From an uncultured bacterium (GTDB lineage Bacteria; Babelota; Babeliae; Babelales; Babelaceae), in contig CAWFXL010000001.1 in assembly GCA_963819815.1 (NCBI GenBank), positions 128,001 through 192,000 of the forward strand: DNA of 64,000 nt, given 5' to 3'. Under the pieces are notes generated by a model, which worked only from the letters and a program-made list of their open reading frames with translations, was not told where the DNA came from and did not search any database. This document shows positions 50,005 to 60,861 of the stretch, piece after piece (within the stretch, counting starts at the first letter, position 1; each line of letters starts with the position of its first letter). Made by a program: the position numbers and the translations under genes.

Positions 50005-50607
50005 ATGATTATGAATATTGCATCAAAAATTTTGACCGCCGGGCTACTCATAGTAGCATTGCCTATGGTTGCAGTTGATAGCTGTACCAATCGTAGCTGC
50101 AACAAGCCTGCTAGCTGTAATGATCGTAACAATGACCATAACTGTAATGACCGCTGTAAAGAACGCGATTGTATTGAACGTGACTGCATTGTAGGAGCAT
50201 ATACCGGTTTTCTGAGCGGTTCATTTTATACCCCCCACGATGCTATTGTTGCCCAGTTTAATCCAGGTGGTACTATGACTATTTCAGATGTTGGTAGCGT
50301 TCAACCAGCAACTCCAACTACAGAATTCGTGGGCACTTGGAGATGTGCAGGCAAGAATACCTATACATTTAAGGCCGTTGCTACAGGAGCCTTTATTACC
50401 TGTCCTGCGGGAGCTGTTTGTGGCTCTATAAATGATGTTCAATACTTAACCTTAACGGGCACCATTACCTTTGATACAGGATGTCAAAATGGCACAGGGA
50501 CAAATATTACCTTCACTGGGTGGACTGATTATACATTAACAACAATACGTGATGGTGGACCATTTGTGAACCAAATGATCACCTTACTACGCTATCCAAA
50601 CGCTTAA
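50005..50607 (+). CDS. Secreted protein with Cys-rich N-terminus and beta-rich domain
   Basis: Signal peptide; five-residue-spaced C-x-x-R repeats; GTW strand motif. Confidence 0.75.
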   Translation: MIMNIASKILTAGLLIVALPMVAVDSCTNRSCNKPASCNDRNNDHNCNDRCKERDCIERDCIVGAYTGFLSGSFYTPHDAIVAQFNPGGTMTISDVGSVQPATPTTEFVGTWRCAGKNTYTFKAVATGAFITCPAGAVCGSINDVQYLTLTGTITFDTGCQNGTGTNITFTGWTDYTLTTIRDGGPFVNQMITLLRYPNA

Positions 50608-50637
50608 ACTTTTAGGTTAGCATATTTTAAGTACATA

Positions 50638-50677
50638 AGAGTAGGTGGGAACGCTTTGACGTTCCCACCTACTCTCT
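50638..50677 (+). terminator. Strong hairpin terminator
   Basis: AGAGTAGGTGGGAACG-ctttga-CGTTCCCACCTACTCT. Confidence 0.75.
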
Positions 50678-50831
50678 AACAAATTATTTTATACGCTCCC
50701 TTATGACGCTTCTCCAATCATTAGCATAACCAATGCTTTCTGGTATCCTATGAGATGAATAGGTTTCTCGTTATAACCATTGCTCCTATGCCTTTCTTAT
50801 GTATTCTTGTATATGAGACTCAAAGGATGAG

Positions 50832-51725
50832 ATGTTCTTAATAGTGCTACTCTATATGCTGTGCGCAGGTACGTTCACGATCAGTAAATGGGGTCTTTCC
50901 TACACTGAGCCTATTTTTTTTGTAGCGGTACGTATGCTTCTTGCGGGAGCACTCCTCTGCGGCTATGTTGTTGCCCGCAGTGGCTATACTACTAAAAACA
51001 TGTGGCATTACCTCAAGAGAGACTGGTTGCTTTTTGCTCAGATCATTTTTTTTCATATCTATCTTACCTATATATGTGATCTATGTGCGCTTAAAAATAT
51101 CACGAGCATTGAATCGGCATTTATCTATAACCTCTCACCGTTTATTGCGGCATTATTATCCTACGTTTGGTTTGGAGAATACATGACCAAGAAAAAATGG
51201 CTAGGGTTACTTGTGGGGTTCTTCGCTTTTCTTCCGCAACTATTGCAAGCTGATGGGGGGAGCTTCTTCACACATGCCTGGCCTCGATTTCTTACCTTAA
51301 TCGCGGTTATCTCAAGTGCCTATGGTTGGATTGTTTTACGAGCGTTAGTAAAGAAGGGCTATTCTCCGATCGTTGCCAATGGAGTAGGAATGTTTTTCGG
51401 GGGGCTCTGTGCCTTGGGAACATCATTTATGACTGAATCGTGGAATCCTGTGGTTACAGAATGGGTTCCTTTCATGCAAGCAACAGTGTTAATTGTGGTA
51501 GTCGCTAATCTGCTCTTTTATAATCTATACGGCTATTTGCTTGAGCATTATACGGCGACACTGTTATCTTTTGCAGGCTTTATGTGCCCCTTGTTTGCAG
51601 CACTCCTTGGATATCTCTTCTTTGGGGAAACATTTTCTCCAAGTCTCTTCTTCTCATTTATCGTTGCCTGTATCGGTTTGGTCATTTTCTATCATGAAGA
51701 GTTAAAACAGGGCTATGTAACCTAG
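50832..51725 (+). CDS. DMT/EamA family transporter
   Basis: Ten TM segments; P.FFVAVR and duplicated EamA pattern. Confidence 0.88.
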   Translation: MFLIVLLYMLCAGTFTISKWGLSYTEPIFFVAVRMLLAGALLCGYVVARSGYTTKNMWHYLKRDWLLFAQIIFFHIYLTYICDLCALKNITSIESAFIYNLSPFIAALLSYVWFGEYMTKKKWLGLLVGFFAFLPQLLQADGGSFFTHAWPRFLTLIAVISSAYGWIVLRALVKKGYSPIVANGVGMFFGGLCALGTSFMTESWNPVVTEWVPFMQATVLIVVVANLLFYNLYGYLLEHYTATLLSFAGFMCPLFAALLGYLFFGETFSPSLFFSFIVACIGLVIFYHEELKQGYVT

Positions 51726-51742
51726 GACTACATACGGATGAG

Positions 51743-52357
51743 TTACACTGAACTTTTTGCTTTAGGCTCTTCCTTAGGAGGGAAAGCATTTGTAATGGCC
51801 TCAGATAAAAAGGATGCTAGCTCATTATAATGTGAGCGCACCTTAGCATAGTTCTCGATATCTTCTTGCCATTTCATTTTGAGTCGGTCAGTAACCATAG
51901 CACTTACCAAGTCGAGGTATTTAGATAGCATGTCTTGCATTTTACAGAACGTAATATAGGGATTAACTTTGCTTATTAAACAGCTGATAGCGGTGGCATT
52001 TTGTTTTAAGGTGGCAAGCTCGCTCTCCATTTTCTTAGCATCGTCTTTCTTTGCTGCATTGATGAAGTCTACTAAGTGCATTGCCTGAAACTTGAGAAGA
52101 TCGCTTAAGTCTTGTCCCATTTTTGTACCGTAATAGGGTTGCAGGGTGATGGTTCCGAGCTCTGCCTGCCGTGCAAGGAATATTTTTTCAGTTGCTTGGG
52201 TTGCTTGATCAGGAAGGTTATCAGATACTGCAAGCAGATATTCTCGTAGTAATAGGGGAATTTCATTCCACTGAGTGTGCAAAGGAACCTCATGTTTTCC
52301 CTGAAGGTCTAAGCAGAGCGTGCAGAGTAGTAGAAAGATGCTGAGTATGTGTTTCAT
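51743..52357 (-). CDS. Hypothetical secreted helical protein
   Basis: Signal peptide; 204-aa amphipathic helical ORF. Confidence 0.7.
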   Translation of the reverse strand: MKHILSIFLLLCTLCLDLQGKHEVPLHTQWNEIPLLLREYLLAVSDNLPDQATQATEKIFLARQAELGTITLQPYYGTKMGQDLSDLLKFQAMHLVDFINAAKKDDAKKMESELATLKQNATAISCLISKVNPYITFCKMQDMLSKYLDLVSAMVTDRLKMKWQEDIENYAKVRSHYNELASFLSEAITNAFPPKEEPKAKSSV

Positions 52358-52499
52358 AGTGCCCCTTTAAAGAGTAAGCAGGTAGTTTTCATATCGTGCA
52401 GCGTAGCATACATTGGCTGGGCAAATCTAGGTTCTTCATAAGTTTGTGAGAAGAGACATACTTCTTTCTGCTAAACATCTAAAAAGATCAAAAAATAAC

Positions 52500-53693
52500 T
52501 TATCGAAGAGATTCATAGCCACCAGTAAGACCTTCTTTTGAGAGAACCACTTGCCAAAGCTGAATTCCACGAGCTCTAAAAAGCCCCGCACATGAAAGAA
52601 GGTAGTAGCTCCACATGCGGTAGAAGCGCTCACCATACTGTGCCTCAAAAGTTGGCCAGGATCTTGTGAAGTTTGCATACCAGGACATAAGGGTCTTATC
52701 GTAATCTGCACCAAAGTTATGGATATCTTCTATTATGAAACGTCCTTCTACTGCCCGAGTTATTTGTACGAGCGAAGGTAGAATGCTATTAGGAAAAATA
52801 TATCTGTTTATCCAGGGGTCAGGAGTATAGGCGGAGACATTAGAACCGATCGTATGTATAAGAGCAATGCCTTCATCTTTAAGACATGAGCAAACCATAC
52901 CCATATAGGTGTCATAATTTTTAGCGCCCACGTGCTCGAACATGCCTACACTGACCACACGATCAAAAGTTGCGGTGCAGTCGCGATAATCTTGAAGAAG
53001 GAAGGTGACCGGGAATGTACCTTTATGAGCTTGTGCATACTCATACTGCTCTTTTGAGATGGTAATACCAGTTACCTCAACGCCATATTTTTCGGCAGCA
53101 TATGAGGCAAGCCCGCCCCATCCACAGCCGATATCAAGAAGAGTCATCCCTTTCTTGAGCTGCAGCTTCCGACAAATAAGATCAAGCTTATGTTCCTGGG
53201 CCTCATCTAATGTGGTAGCATTTTTCCAGTAGGCACATGAATAGATCATACGAGCGTCAAGCATCGCTTTGAAAAACTCATTTGATAAGTCATAATGTTG
53301 TTTACCTACTTCAAGAGAACCTTTGCGAGTTTGGTAGTTAAAGAGTTTAAGCATGCAAGCTCGATAAAGCTCATACCAATTCTTTGTTATATAGGCATCA
53401 AGGTCTGCGCGAAATACTCGGTAGAAAAACTGATCAAGAGCTTGACAGTCCCACCAGCCATCCATATAAGATTCACCTAAGCCAAGCGATCCTTCTTGAA
53501 GAACTCTTTGATAGAGAGCAGGGTTATGTACGGTAATATCCCAAGGACGGGAGCCATCAATTTTGATATCGGCTTTATCAAGTAGTGAGATTATGAAAGT
53601 CTTTGCTTCTTCTTTCCCATAGGCTTGCTTACCAAAATATACGATTGCAAAGAGACCTAGGATGCATGAAAGTATGATAACCGGCCATTTCAT
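52500..53693 (-). CDS. cfa: Cyclopropane-fatty-acyl-phospholipid synthase
   Basis: SLGLGESYMDGWW, HYDL.N, LDIGCGWG, SVGMFEHVG and RMW.YYL. ORF opens at 53744. Confidence 0.95.
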   Translation of the reverse strand: MKWPVIILSCILGLFAIVYFGKQAYGKEEAKTFIISLLDKADIKIDGSRPWDITVHNPALYQRVLQEGSLGLGESYMDGWWDCQALDQFFYRVFRADLDAYITKNWYELYRACMLKLFNYQTRKGSLEVGKQHYDLSNEFFKAMLDARMIYSCAYWKNATTLDEAQEHKLDLICRKLQLKKGMTLLDIGCGWGGLASYAAEKYGVEVTGITISKEQYEYAQAHKGTFPVTFLLQDYRDCTATFDRVVSVGMFEHVGAKNYDTYMGMVCSCLKDEGIALIHTIGSNVSAYTPDPWINRYIFPNSILPSLVQITRAVEGRFIIEDIHNFGADYDKTLMSWYANFTRSWPTFEAQYGERFYRMWSYYLLSCAGLFRARGIQLWQVVLSKEGLTGGYESLR

Positions 53694-53869
53694 AGGCGCC
53701 TCCTTTGAGGCATAAGTATTGTCATTATCAGCAAGCAGAGTCAATAGTTTTATTGAAGAGCACGGGATAAGGATGGCGGGAATGGAGTATGACAGTGCAA
53801 TAGCAATGTACTCATGTGAGATGAGGGTTATATGTATACGTGATTGACGAGTTTTATAGTGGAGGAATA

Positions 53870-54739
53870 TTAGAGAGCCTTATACCCTAAGTCCCTAAGT
53901 AACGCACCAAAATCTTCGAGTACCTGGCGCAGTTCTCTATAATTACCTCTCTGCAAATGGAACGTATTAAACCCGAGTGCTTCTGCAGCTTCAAGGTTTT
54001 CTTCTCGATCATCTATGAAGAGACATTCTGTTGGATTGAGTTTATGAAGATCTACAAGATACTGAAAAGCAGCTTTCCTTGGCTTAATAAATCCGGTTCT
54101 TCCTGAAATGAGTATGTCATCAAAGAAGGCAAATGTATCCCTATTAAGCTCATGCATAATTTCAAATGAAAAGGGGTCCCAATTTGAGAGAGCAATAAGT
54201 TTATTTCGTGGGGTCCCATCAGGATTGACCTCGCGGGCACACTGTTCTAATAATCGGATGCCTGCTCTAATTGGTCGCATATTATGCGCTAACGTGTGCG
54301 GGTTAAAGACTGCAGCAACCGCTTTTTTTATGAGCTCTTTTTCTCGGTGACTTGCAAAGAAGGTCCCTTGTTCAGCAAGCACTTCAATTTTAGTATGTGC
54401 TCGGTTGATGATCTCTTCACTTGAAAGTGTTCCTGCTTGCCAATGGGACATGATAGGGGGTAGGAGGACGCCCCGAGCATTACGCAGGTGAATACCTTCA
54501 GGTACGGGTTCGCACTCGAGCTGCGAAATGACTTCAAAAAAGCGCATTTCTAAATTCCAAGGGTTTTTCCAATCGAAGAGGATATGTTCAAGTAGGTGAG
54601 AAAGACCAATAGACTTCATGTAGCCAAAGGTGCTTTTTTCAAAAAGCACATCGCCAATATCCCAAACAAGCACTTTAGCAGATAGGGCAGAGCTGCTCAT
54701 GAGAAAGGTTAATGTAAATAGTAATGATCGGATGTTCAT
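53870..54739 (-). CDS. HAD-family hydrolase with signal peptide
   Basis: WDIGDV, LSNW, KP and FIDD...N. Confidence 0.85.
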   Translation of the reverse strand: MNIRSLLFTLTFLMSSSALSAKVLVWDIGDVLFEKSTFGYMKSIGLSHLLEHILFDWKNPWNLEMRFFEVISQLECEPVPEGIHLRNARGVLLPPIMSHWQAGTLSSEEIINRAHTKIEVLAEQGTFFASHREKELIKKAVAAVFNPHTLAHNMRPIRAGIRLLEQCAREVNPDGTPRNKLIALSNWDPFSFEIMHELNRDTFAFFDDILISGRTGFIKPRKAAFQYLVDLHKLNPTECLFIDDREENLEAAEALGFNTFHLQRGNYRELRQVLEDFGALLRDLGYKAL

Positions 54740-55050
54740 CAGACTCCTTTAGAGGATATTACGATGTGGATCTCTCTTATCATGGTAAAGTATCCTTGGA
54801 AAAGTGCAAGAACCCTTCTTGTAACCAGCGTGTAGGCATAATGGGGCTTTATAGTAGTGAAGAATAAGCTTAATAGGCATTATTTCTGTGATGGCTTCAA
54901 ATTGAACTATGCACGGGCTGAATAACTACTACCGAAATCAGACAAGAACAATAGGTACATGAATAAATAGAAGAGGCCAACAGAAAGGCATGAGTTCGGA
55001 AATGCTCAAAGCTTAACTTTAATTTTCAATCTCATTAGTGGCTTCGAGTG

Positions 55051-55797
55051 CTATTCAAAAAATTCTTGAAGTCTCGCCTTTTGGACTGAATTAAACTTAT
55101 GCCCTTTCGTCTCAAGGGCAGTCTTAAGCCATTCCTTAGGCAATTGGTTCAATAAGAGATTCAACCAGTTAGGCATTTCAGCGGGTGCTAAATGGGCAAT
55201 CATGTTAACATAGAGATACAATGTAGCGGTACGCATTCGAGCGAAATCTTCCCTATATTGTTGAGCAGCTGTGTTAGAATGAATTATCACCACATTTTCA
55301 TAGTTAACGTTACCACTATTCCTGAGCCCTGGCTTTGTGAAATTAGATGAACCGGTAAAGACGTCTGCATTATCGATCACCACAAATTTATCGTGCATAC
55401 TCGCGCCTGTATATTTTGACGGGTAGACAAGAGGAAGCATACCGTGTTCTAAAAATTTTGTTATAAGGCTTTCAATATCCTTTGACGATTCATCAATTAT
55501 GACCTTTACATCTATTTCCCTATCTTTTAACTTGATGAGCTTGCCGATTACTGTTGGATCGGTCATCCAATAGATCGCAACTAAAACTGAATTTTTGGCA
55601 GTATCAAGAAATTCCAACAACTTTTCTAACACATTGTCTCTCGGAACAAAATAGATTGAATGATATTCACCTGAAGAAGTTGTACTACTAGGCGTAGTGG
55701 GAGTCTCGGTAAAAAGGCGCCTTTTTGCATGCGGTACTTCAGAGCAATGAGTATCAAAAAGCACTGCCAGAAATAAAAAAAATATAAGCTTTTTCAT
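55051..55797 (-). CDS. Secreted single-HKD phospholipase D/Nuc-like protein
   Basis: MHDKFVVID...TGSSNFT...N.EN. Confidence 0.9.
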   Translation of the reverse strand: MKKLIFFLFLAVLFDTHCSEVPHAKRRLFTETPTTPSSTTSSGEYHSIYFVPRDNVLEKLLEFLDTAKNSVLVAIYWMTDPTVIGKLIKLKDREIDVKVIIDESSKDIESLITKFLEHGMLPLVYPSKYTGASMHDKFVVIDNADVFTGSSNFTKPGLRNSGNVNYENVVIIHSNTAAQQYREDFARMRTATLYLYVNMIAHLAPAEMPNWLNLLLNQLPKEWLKTALETKGHKFNSVQKARLQEFFE

Positions 55798-55832
55798 GAG
55801 TTCACCTCTTTAAAATCACACCAATTTGGTAG

Positions 55833-57329
55833 TTAACACCGTCCACTTAGTTGGAGTGAACGCTTTTTGAGCCTTTCAAAAGACTTTGTATAGGCTTCAA
55901 AGAGGTCTTCATTTTCAATGATTACGACATTTTCCTGATTTTTTTCATTAGCCCTCATCGTAAGATTATACGATCCGGTCCAAACAAGCGCTTTACCCTC
56001 TATTGTCTGAGAGAAAAGCATAAATTTATTGTGCATAAGCCCTGCTTCAGATTTATTTGATGCGGTTTGGAACACCCAGAGTGGAATCTTAGCATTAGCG
56101 AGCATACACACCTCCTGTCCATATGAGCGGTCTACAACTCCTTCAACCAATACTCCTCTACGAGCAGCCCGTATAAGTGCTTCTGTTATAGCTTTATCGG
56201 TGAGTTTAAATATGGCAATAGAAATACGCTTTTTTTCAGCATCGATAAGCCTTATAAGTCTCGTGCTAAGATGGTCATCAGGGGAAAAAAATGGTTGCAC
56301 AACACAGCGCTGATGTGTCGAGAGGAGGGGATCTTCTTCTATAACGCTAGCGGGTGCTATGGAAATTTTGATACGTGGGGATGGGGTACTCGAAGCGTTA
56401 CTATTTGTAGCACTGCTACTGCTAGATGTACTCGATCTATCAGTGGTCTCGGTATTATCAGTATCTTTTTCTATAGATGGAACTTGAGTACTTAATAATG
56501 CAATAACCCTTGCCCGCGAACCTGCGGTGCTTTTCTTTGCTTCATCGAGCGCTGAGCTGCCTTTACTATCTGCGATAGAAGGATCTGCACCATGGGCAAG
56601 CAAGTATTCAACAACATCAGCATGACCATTCAAAGAAGCCAAATGTAATGCTGTCTGTTTATTAGCATATTTTTGGAAATTAGGGTCAACGCCGAGCTTT
56701 AGAAGTTCTTTGACTTCGTTAAGTTCTCCACTATCTGCTGCAATTAAGAGATCATACGCCAGACTCAAAAGGTCTCGCTCTTTTGGATTGCTTTTCTCAG
56801 CGGGCTGTATGTCAGATGAAATGCTAGCAACTGACTGATTACTCGAACTTTGGGTAGCATTTTTACTCGATGTGCTTGATTTCACCGCCGTTGCAACTTG
56901 ACTCGCATTTGTTTTAGCTCGAACTGAGGCTTTCAATAAAGCAATAACCTTTTCCCGCGAATCCGCAGTGCTTTTCCTTGCTGCATCTAGTGCTGTTTTG
57001 CCATCACTATCTCGAATATTGGGATTTGCGCCATGTGCAAGCAAGTATGCAACAACATCAACATGCCCATTAGAGGCCGCCAAATATAATGCTGTTTTCT
57101 TGCTACGGTTTTGATAATTGGGATCCACAATCCTTATGAGTTTCGTAACCTTTTTCAGATCTCCGCTATTCGAGGCATTAATAAATTGTGCCCCCTCCGA
57201 TGCCGTCTTTTTTGGGTTCCTTTTCATCGCAGATTTGCCGCTCAATTCTTTAACTGTTTTAGCAGGCAAGGTAGCCTTTTCCATCGAAATGACAATACCA
57301 AGTATTGAAAGTAGATATATGTGCTTCAT
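55833..57329 (-). CDS. Secreted ankyrin-repeat / PLD-domain fusion protein
   Basis: Two duplicated ankyrin modules, Ser/Thr linkers and MHNKF...WTGSYNLT...NQEN. ORF opens at 57359. Confidence 0.88.
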   Translation of the reverse strand: MKHIYLLSILGIVISMEKATLPAKTVKELSGKSAMKRNPKKTASEGAQFINASNSGDLKKVTKLIRIVDPNYQNRSKKTALYLAASNGHVDVVAYLLAHGANPNIRDSDGKTALDAARKSTADSREKVIALLKASVRAKTNASQVATAVKSSTSSKNATQSSSNQSVASISSDIQPAEKSNPKERDLLSLAYDLLIAADSGELNEVKELLKLGVDPNFQKYANKQTALHLASLNGHADVVEYLLAHGADPSIADSKGSSALDEAKKSTAGSRARVIALLSTQVPSIEKDTDNTETTDRSSTSSSSSATNSNASSTPSPRIKISIAPASVIEEDPLLSTHQRCVVQPFFSPDDHLSTRLIRLIDAEKKRISIAIFKLTDKAITEALIRAARRGVLVEGVVDRSYGQEVCMLANAKIPLWVFQTASNKSEAGLMHNKFMLFSQTIEGKALVWTGSYNLTMRANEKNQENVVIIENEDLFEAYTKSFERLKKRSLQLSGRC

Positions 57330-57762
57330 GGGATACCTCTTTTTAAACGTTGCGGCCAATTAAATCAGCTCAAATTGTATCGATTGTGCTGTTTCGGTAA
57401 TTATTTAAGCATTATATTTTTTAAATATTTAATTCCATATGTATTATTGTATCAAATTTGATCTACCAGAGTAAAGAATTTGTGGGATGTCGACCACTTT
57501 TCATTATATTTCAGGTTAGAATATGCAGAGTAATAAAAGAGATTTAAGAGGTCTTTGGCCGTGAGGGCCGTCTGGTGGTTGTTTTGAAGTGGGGACATCT
57601 ATATTGCGGCAACGAGTTTACCACTTAAAGCTCTGGGGTCCGTTGAAGACCATGGTAGGGTGCTGATAAGAGCAGATGGGTCGTCTTTTAGGTACATTCA
57701 ATCATATTCGTGATTTTGAAGGTCTATGCAAAAGGAGACTTCTGTAGGGGCTTTTAAAGGTT

Positions 57763-58329
57763 TTAATGAAGGACAATCCAGAAGGATATAAAGAAAGAGA
57801 TGCCTGCAGCAACGACCCAATAAAAGTATTTGTCTAAGTAGTACTGCACCTTTTCGCCCCAGATATAGATAGCCCCTGAAATGGCAAAGAAGCGCAATCC
57901 TCGGGCACCCATAGAAAGAAGAATAAAGGGCGTTAGGGGAAGCCTCAGAAACCCTGCACTAATCGTAAGTATCTTATACGGCATGGGAGTAAGTGCTACA
58001 ATAAAGGTTGTCCAGGCTTGGTAGGCGGTAAATTGTTCGACCAGATGATCAAATTTCTTTGCATTTATGACATGTTCAAGAACGCTCCTACCACCAGCTT
58101 TCCAGAGCAGAACTCCGATGTAGTATCCTACTAGTGCTCCAAGACCAGATACGAGTGTTGCAATGGTGGCGTACATAAATGCTTTGGGTCTATTTTCAAG
58201 GCTGAAAAAGGCGAGCATGGTGCTGACGGGGACGATAAAAAAACCCTCGATGAATACCAAAAGACCGAAGATGAGAGTACCATACCAGGCGTGTACATGC
58301 TTACCCAGCCACTGATACAGTGCTTTCAT
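57763..58329 (-). CDS. YqaA/DedA (VTT domain) membrane protein
   Basis: LGALVGYYIG, LTPMPYKI and RGLRFF. Confidence 0.88.
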   Translation of the reverse strand: MKALYQWLGKHVHAWYGTLIFGLLVFIEGFFIVPVSTMLAFFSLENRPKAFMYATIATLVSGLGALVGYYIGVLLWKAGGRSVLEHVINAKKFDHLVEQFTAYQAWTTFIVALTPMPYKILTISAGFLRLPLTPFILLSMGARGLRFFAISGAIYIWGEKVQYYLDKYFYWVVAAGISFFISFWIVLH

Positions 58330-58330
58330 C

Positions 58331-59641
58331 TTAGCCTAACGTTTTCTTGATGTATGCTTCAATCTGGTCGATGCTAATTCGTTCTTGAGCCATCGTGTCA
58401 CGGTTGCGCACGGTAACTGATGAATCTTGCTCTGACTCAAAATCATAGGTAAAACATAATGGTGTGCCTATCTCATCTTGGCGGCGATAGCGCTTTCCGA
58501 TCGATCCTGAGTCATCATACTGCACCATATATCCTTTTTTCTTTAGCTCTCCATAGATGTTCTCAAGAGGGGCTGCAATTTTCTTTGAAAGGGGCATAAA
58601 AGCTGCTATATAGGGAGCTAGACGAGGGTGAAGCCTCAATGAGATTCGTGTTTCGCCTTCAACCGTATCTTCGCGATAGCTATCAAAGAGTATCGTTAAG
58701 AAAAGCCTATCAGTACCGACTGAGGTTTCAACAACGTGAGGAACAAAGGCGCTCTTTGTATCATCGTCATAGACTGAGAGGTCTTTACCTGAGAATTCCA
58801 TATGTCTTGAAAGATCGAAGTTGCCTCGATTGGCTATTCCTTCAAGCTCTTTCCATCCAAAGGGGAACTGATACTCAACATCTGAGGTTTCGGAAGAGTA
58901 ATGTGAGAGCTCATCCTTTTCATGAGCTCGTAAACGAATCCGTTCTGGAGCTATACCGATATCTGCATAAAAGGCCTTGCGAATCGCGCACCAGATACGG
59001 AAGAACTCCTCCGCCGTTTCTGGGCGACAGAACCATTCCATCTCCATCTGCTCAAACTCGCGCATTCTAAATAGAAACTGCTTGGGGGTGATTTCGTTTC
59101 TAAAGGCTTTTCCAATCTGGGCAATGCCAAAGGGGATCTTAACCCGGTTGCTGTTCATGACGTTTTTAAAGTTAACAAAAATCGATTGTGCTGTTTCTGG
59201 GCGTAAGTAGGCAACTGAGGTGGCATCCGCTGCTGCTCCAACTTGGGTTTTAAACATGAGGTTAAATTGACGGACCTCTGTCCACGCGGTGTTACCACAA
59301 TGAGGGCAGGGTTTTGAAAGATCTATATCATCAGCTCTGTAGCGATGTTTACAGAAGGTGCAATCTACCATAGGATCCTGAAACCCTTCAAGGTGTCCTG
59401 ATGCTTCCCAAATCGCTTCGGGAGTGATCACCGATCCTTCCATAAAAAGAATATCATAGCCTGTTGCTTCGAGTGATTTCATCCAGGCATTTCTAAGATT
59501 GCGCTTTAAAAGAGTGCCTAATGGACCTGTGTCATAGACACCATTGAGTCCACCGTAGATATCGGCTGTTTGATACACAAAGCCGCGACGTTTACAGAGT
59601 GCTACTAATTTCTCAAGGGTAACAGACGTTTGTTCAGCCAT
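58331..59641 (-). CDS. glyQS: Glycine--tRNA ligase (alpha2 type)
   Basis: LCKRRGF, YLRPETAQ, GKAFRNEITP, REFEQME and GSIGKRYRRQDEIGTP. Confidence 0.97.
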   Translation of the reverse strand: MAEQTSVTLEKLVALCKRRGFVYQTADIYGGLNGVYDTGPLGTLLKRNLRNAWMKSLEATGYDILFMEGSVITPEAIWEASGHLEGFQDPMVDCTFCKHRYRADDIDLSKPCPHCGNTAWTEVRQFNLMFKTQVGAAADATSVAYLRPETAQSIFVNFKNVMNSNRVKIPFGIAQIGKAFRNEITPKQFLFRMREFEQMEMEWFCRPETAEEFFRIWCAIRKAFYADIGIAPERIRLRAHEKDELSHYSSETSDVEYQFPFGWKELEGIANRGNFDLSRHMEFSGKDLSVYDDDTKSAFVPHVVETSVGTDRLFLTILFDSYREDTVEGETRISLRLHPRLAPYIAAFMPLSKKIAAPLENIYGELKKKGYMVQYDDSGSIGKRYRRQDEIGTPLCFTYDFESEQDSSVTVRNRDTMAQERISIDQIEAYIKKTLG

Positions 59642-59794
59642 AGAGGGTCCTTAACGCAAGATGATGCAGCGGTAGTATATCGATCTATGAGCTAGTATAC
59701 TCTGTTTTCTAGTGGTGGTAAACGAAACTGAAAGATGTGTTAGCCACAAAAATACTTTCCGGAAGCTTGCTACAGTGTGAATCCCTTTTGAAGC

Positions 59795-60298
59795 TCAAGA
59801 TAGGCCACAACGTACCAGACAGTTCCATACTAGTACGGTCAAGAGAACAATTGGACCAGGCAATTGCTCTTGTCGCTCGACAATGCTCAGCAGCCTTCTA
59901 GCAGCGTTAATGATTGCGCTGTTTTGTCGTGCTTCTTGAAACGGCCGACTTCGTGTGACTTCTTCGCAATAGGTAACAATGGACTCTCGAATTTCCTCTA
60001 AAATCGGATATTCGTAAACCTCATCAGGAGCTGCTCGGCGAACCGTACTTGGGTTTCTTATTATTTGTTTGAGAAGGGCTCTACAGCGGGCTCTAACCGA
60101 TTCTCTCATAAGTTGGAGGGCAGTGTCAGGTCTAAAAAATTCCCTCGCCAAGTTATCGAGCCTCCTCTCATCAACATGGTTACGAGCATAGTCATCAACG
60201 TCATATTCATCAATGCTCATGGGTACAGAGACCTGCATCGCAAATGCAGAGAAGACACTTAGTTTTATTGCCATTAGTATATATAATTTAGCATTCAT
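59795..60298 (-). CDS. Hypothetical secreted protein
   Basis: AAGGA RBS; signal-peptide-like start; hydrophobic C-terminus. Confidence 0.6.
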   Translation of the reverse strand: MNAKLYILMAIKLSVFSAFAMQVSVPMSIDEYDVDDYARNHVDERRLDNLAREFFRPDTALQLMRESVRARCRALLKQIIRNPSTVRRAAPDEVYEYPILEEIRESIVTYCEEVTRSRPFQEARQNSAIINAARRLLSIVERQEQLPGPIVLLTVLVWNCLVRCGLS

Positions 60299-60861
60299 AC
60301 CTATCCTTTAATGGTATTTACTCGTAATATAAACACTTATCAAGGAGAATCCTTTATGATTGGAGATGATGGCTGATCTCACTTTCTTAGTATAACACAC
60401 TAGCTACTTGTGCAAAGGAGTCTTGCTAATCGATTCTACAAGAGAGTTCGGCTAATGAAGTCTTGGTGGCCTAGCAAAAGCCCGATGCTGAAAGTACTGA
60501 TCACGCCAAACTGGATAAGTGGGCGAGGTAATTGGGCGCTAAAGCAGCCGCGTCACGAGTTGCTCAGCTTTGTAATGCATCCATTGCATCTTGAATAGCA
60601 GGCTCTACTTTTCTGCAACGTAGTCTAGCTCTCGAAGCAACTTTCCAATTAATTTGATGTCTCTTCAGTTTCAAAGGCATCTCTTCATTGTGCTCGGATT
60701 CTACAACCTAGAGAGCCTTTCGAATCATTCCTCTTTGTAGTGTCAAGGTCCTGGCTCTGGTAATTTTTAGCAAGATAGGTACTCTAAGAATGAGCAGACT
60801 TCTTGAATTCATTAGTTATTACATCTTAGCTCAAATATCATTCGAGTAAGAAAGGCTTTTC

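Noticed and set aside
60400..60800. Possible RNA gene or pseudogene in a long spacer
   Set aside because: No tmRNA, RNase P or SRP signature, and only short unrecognisable ORFs.
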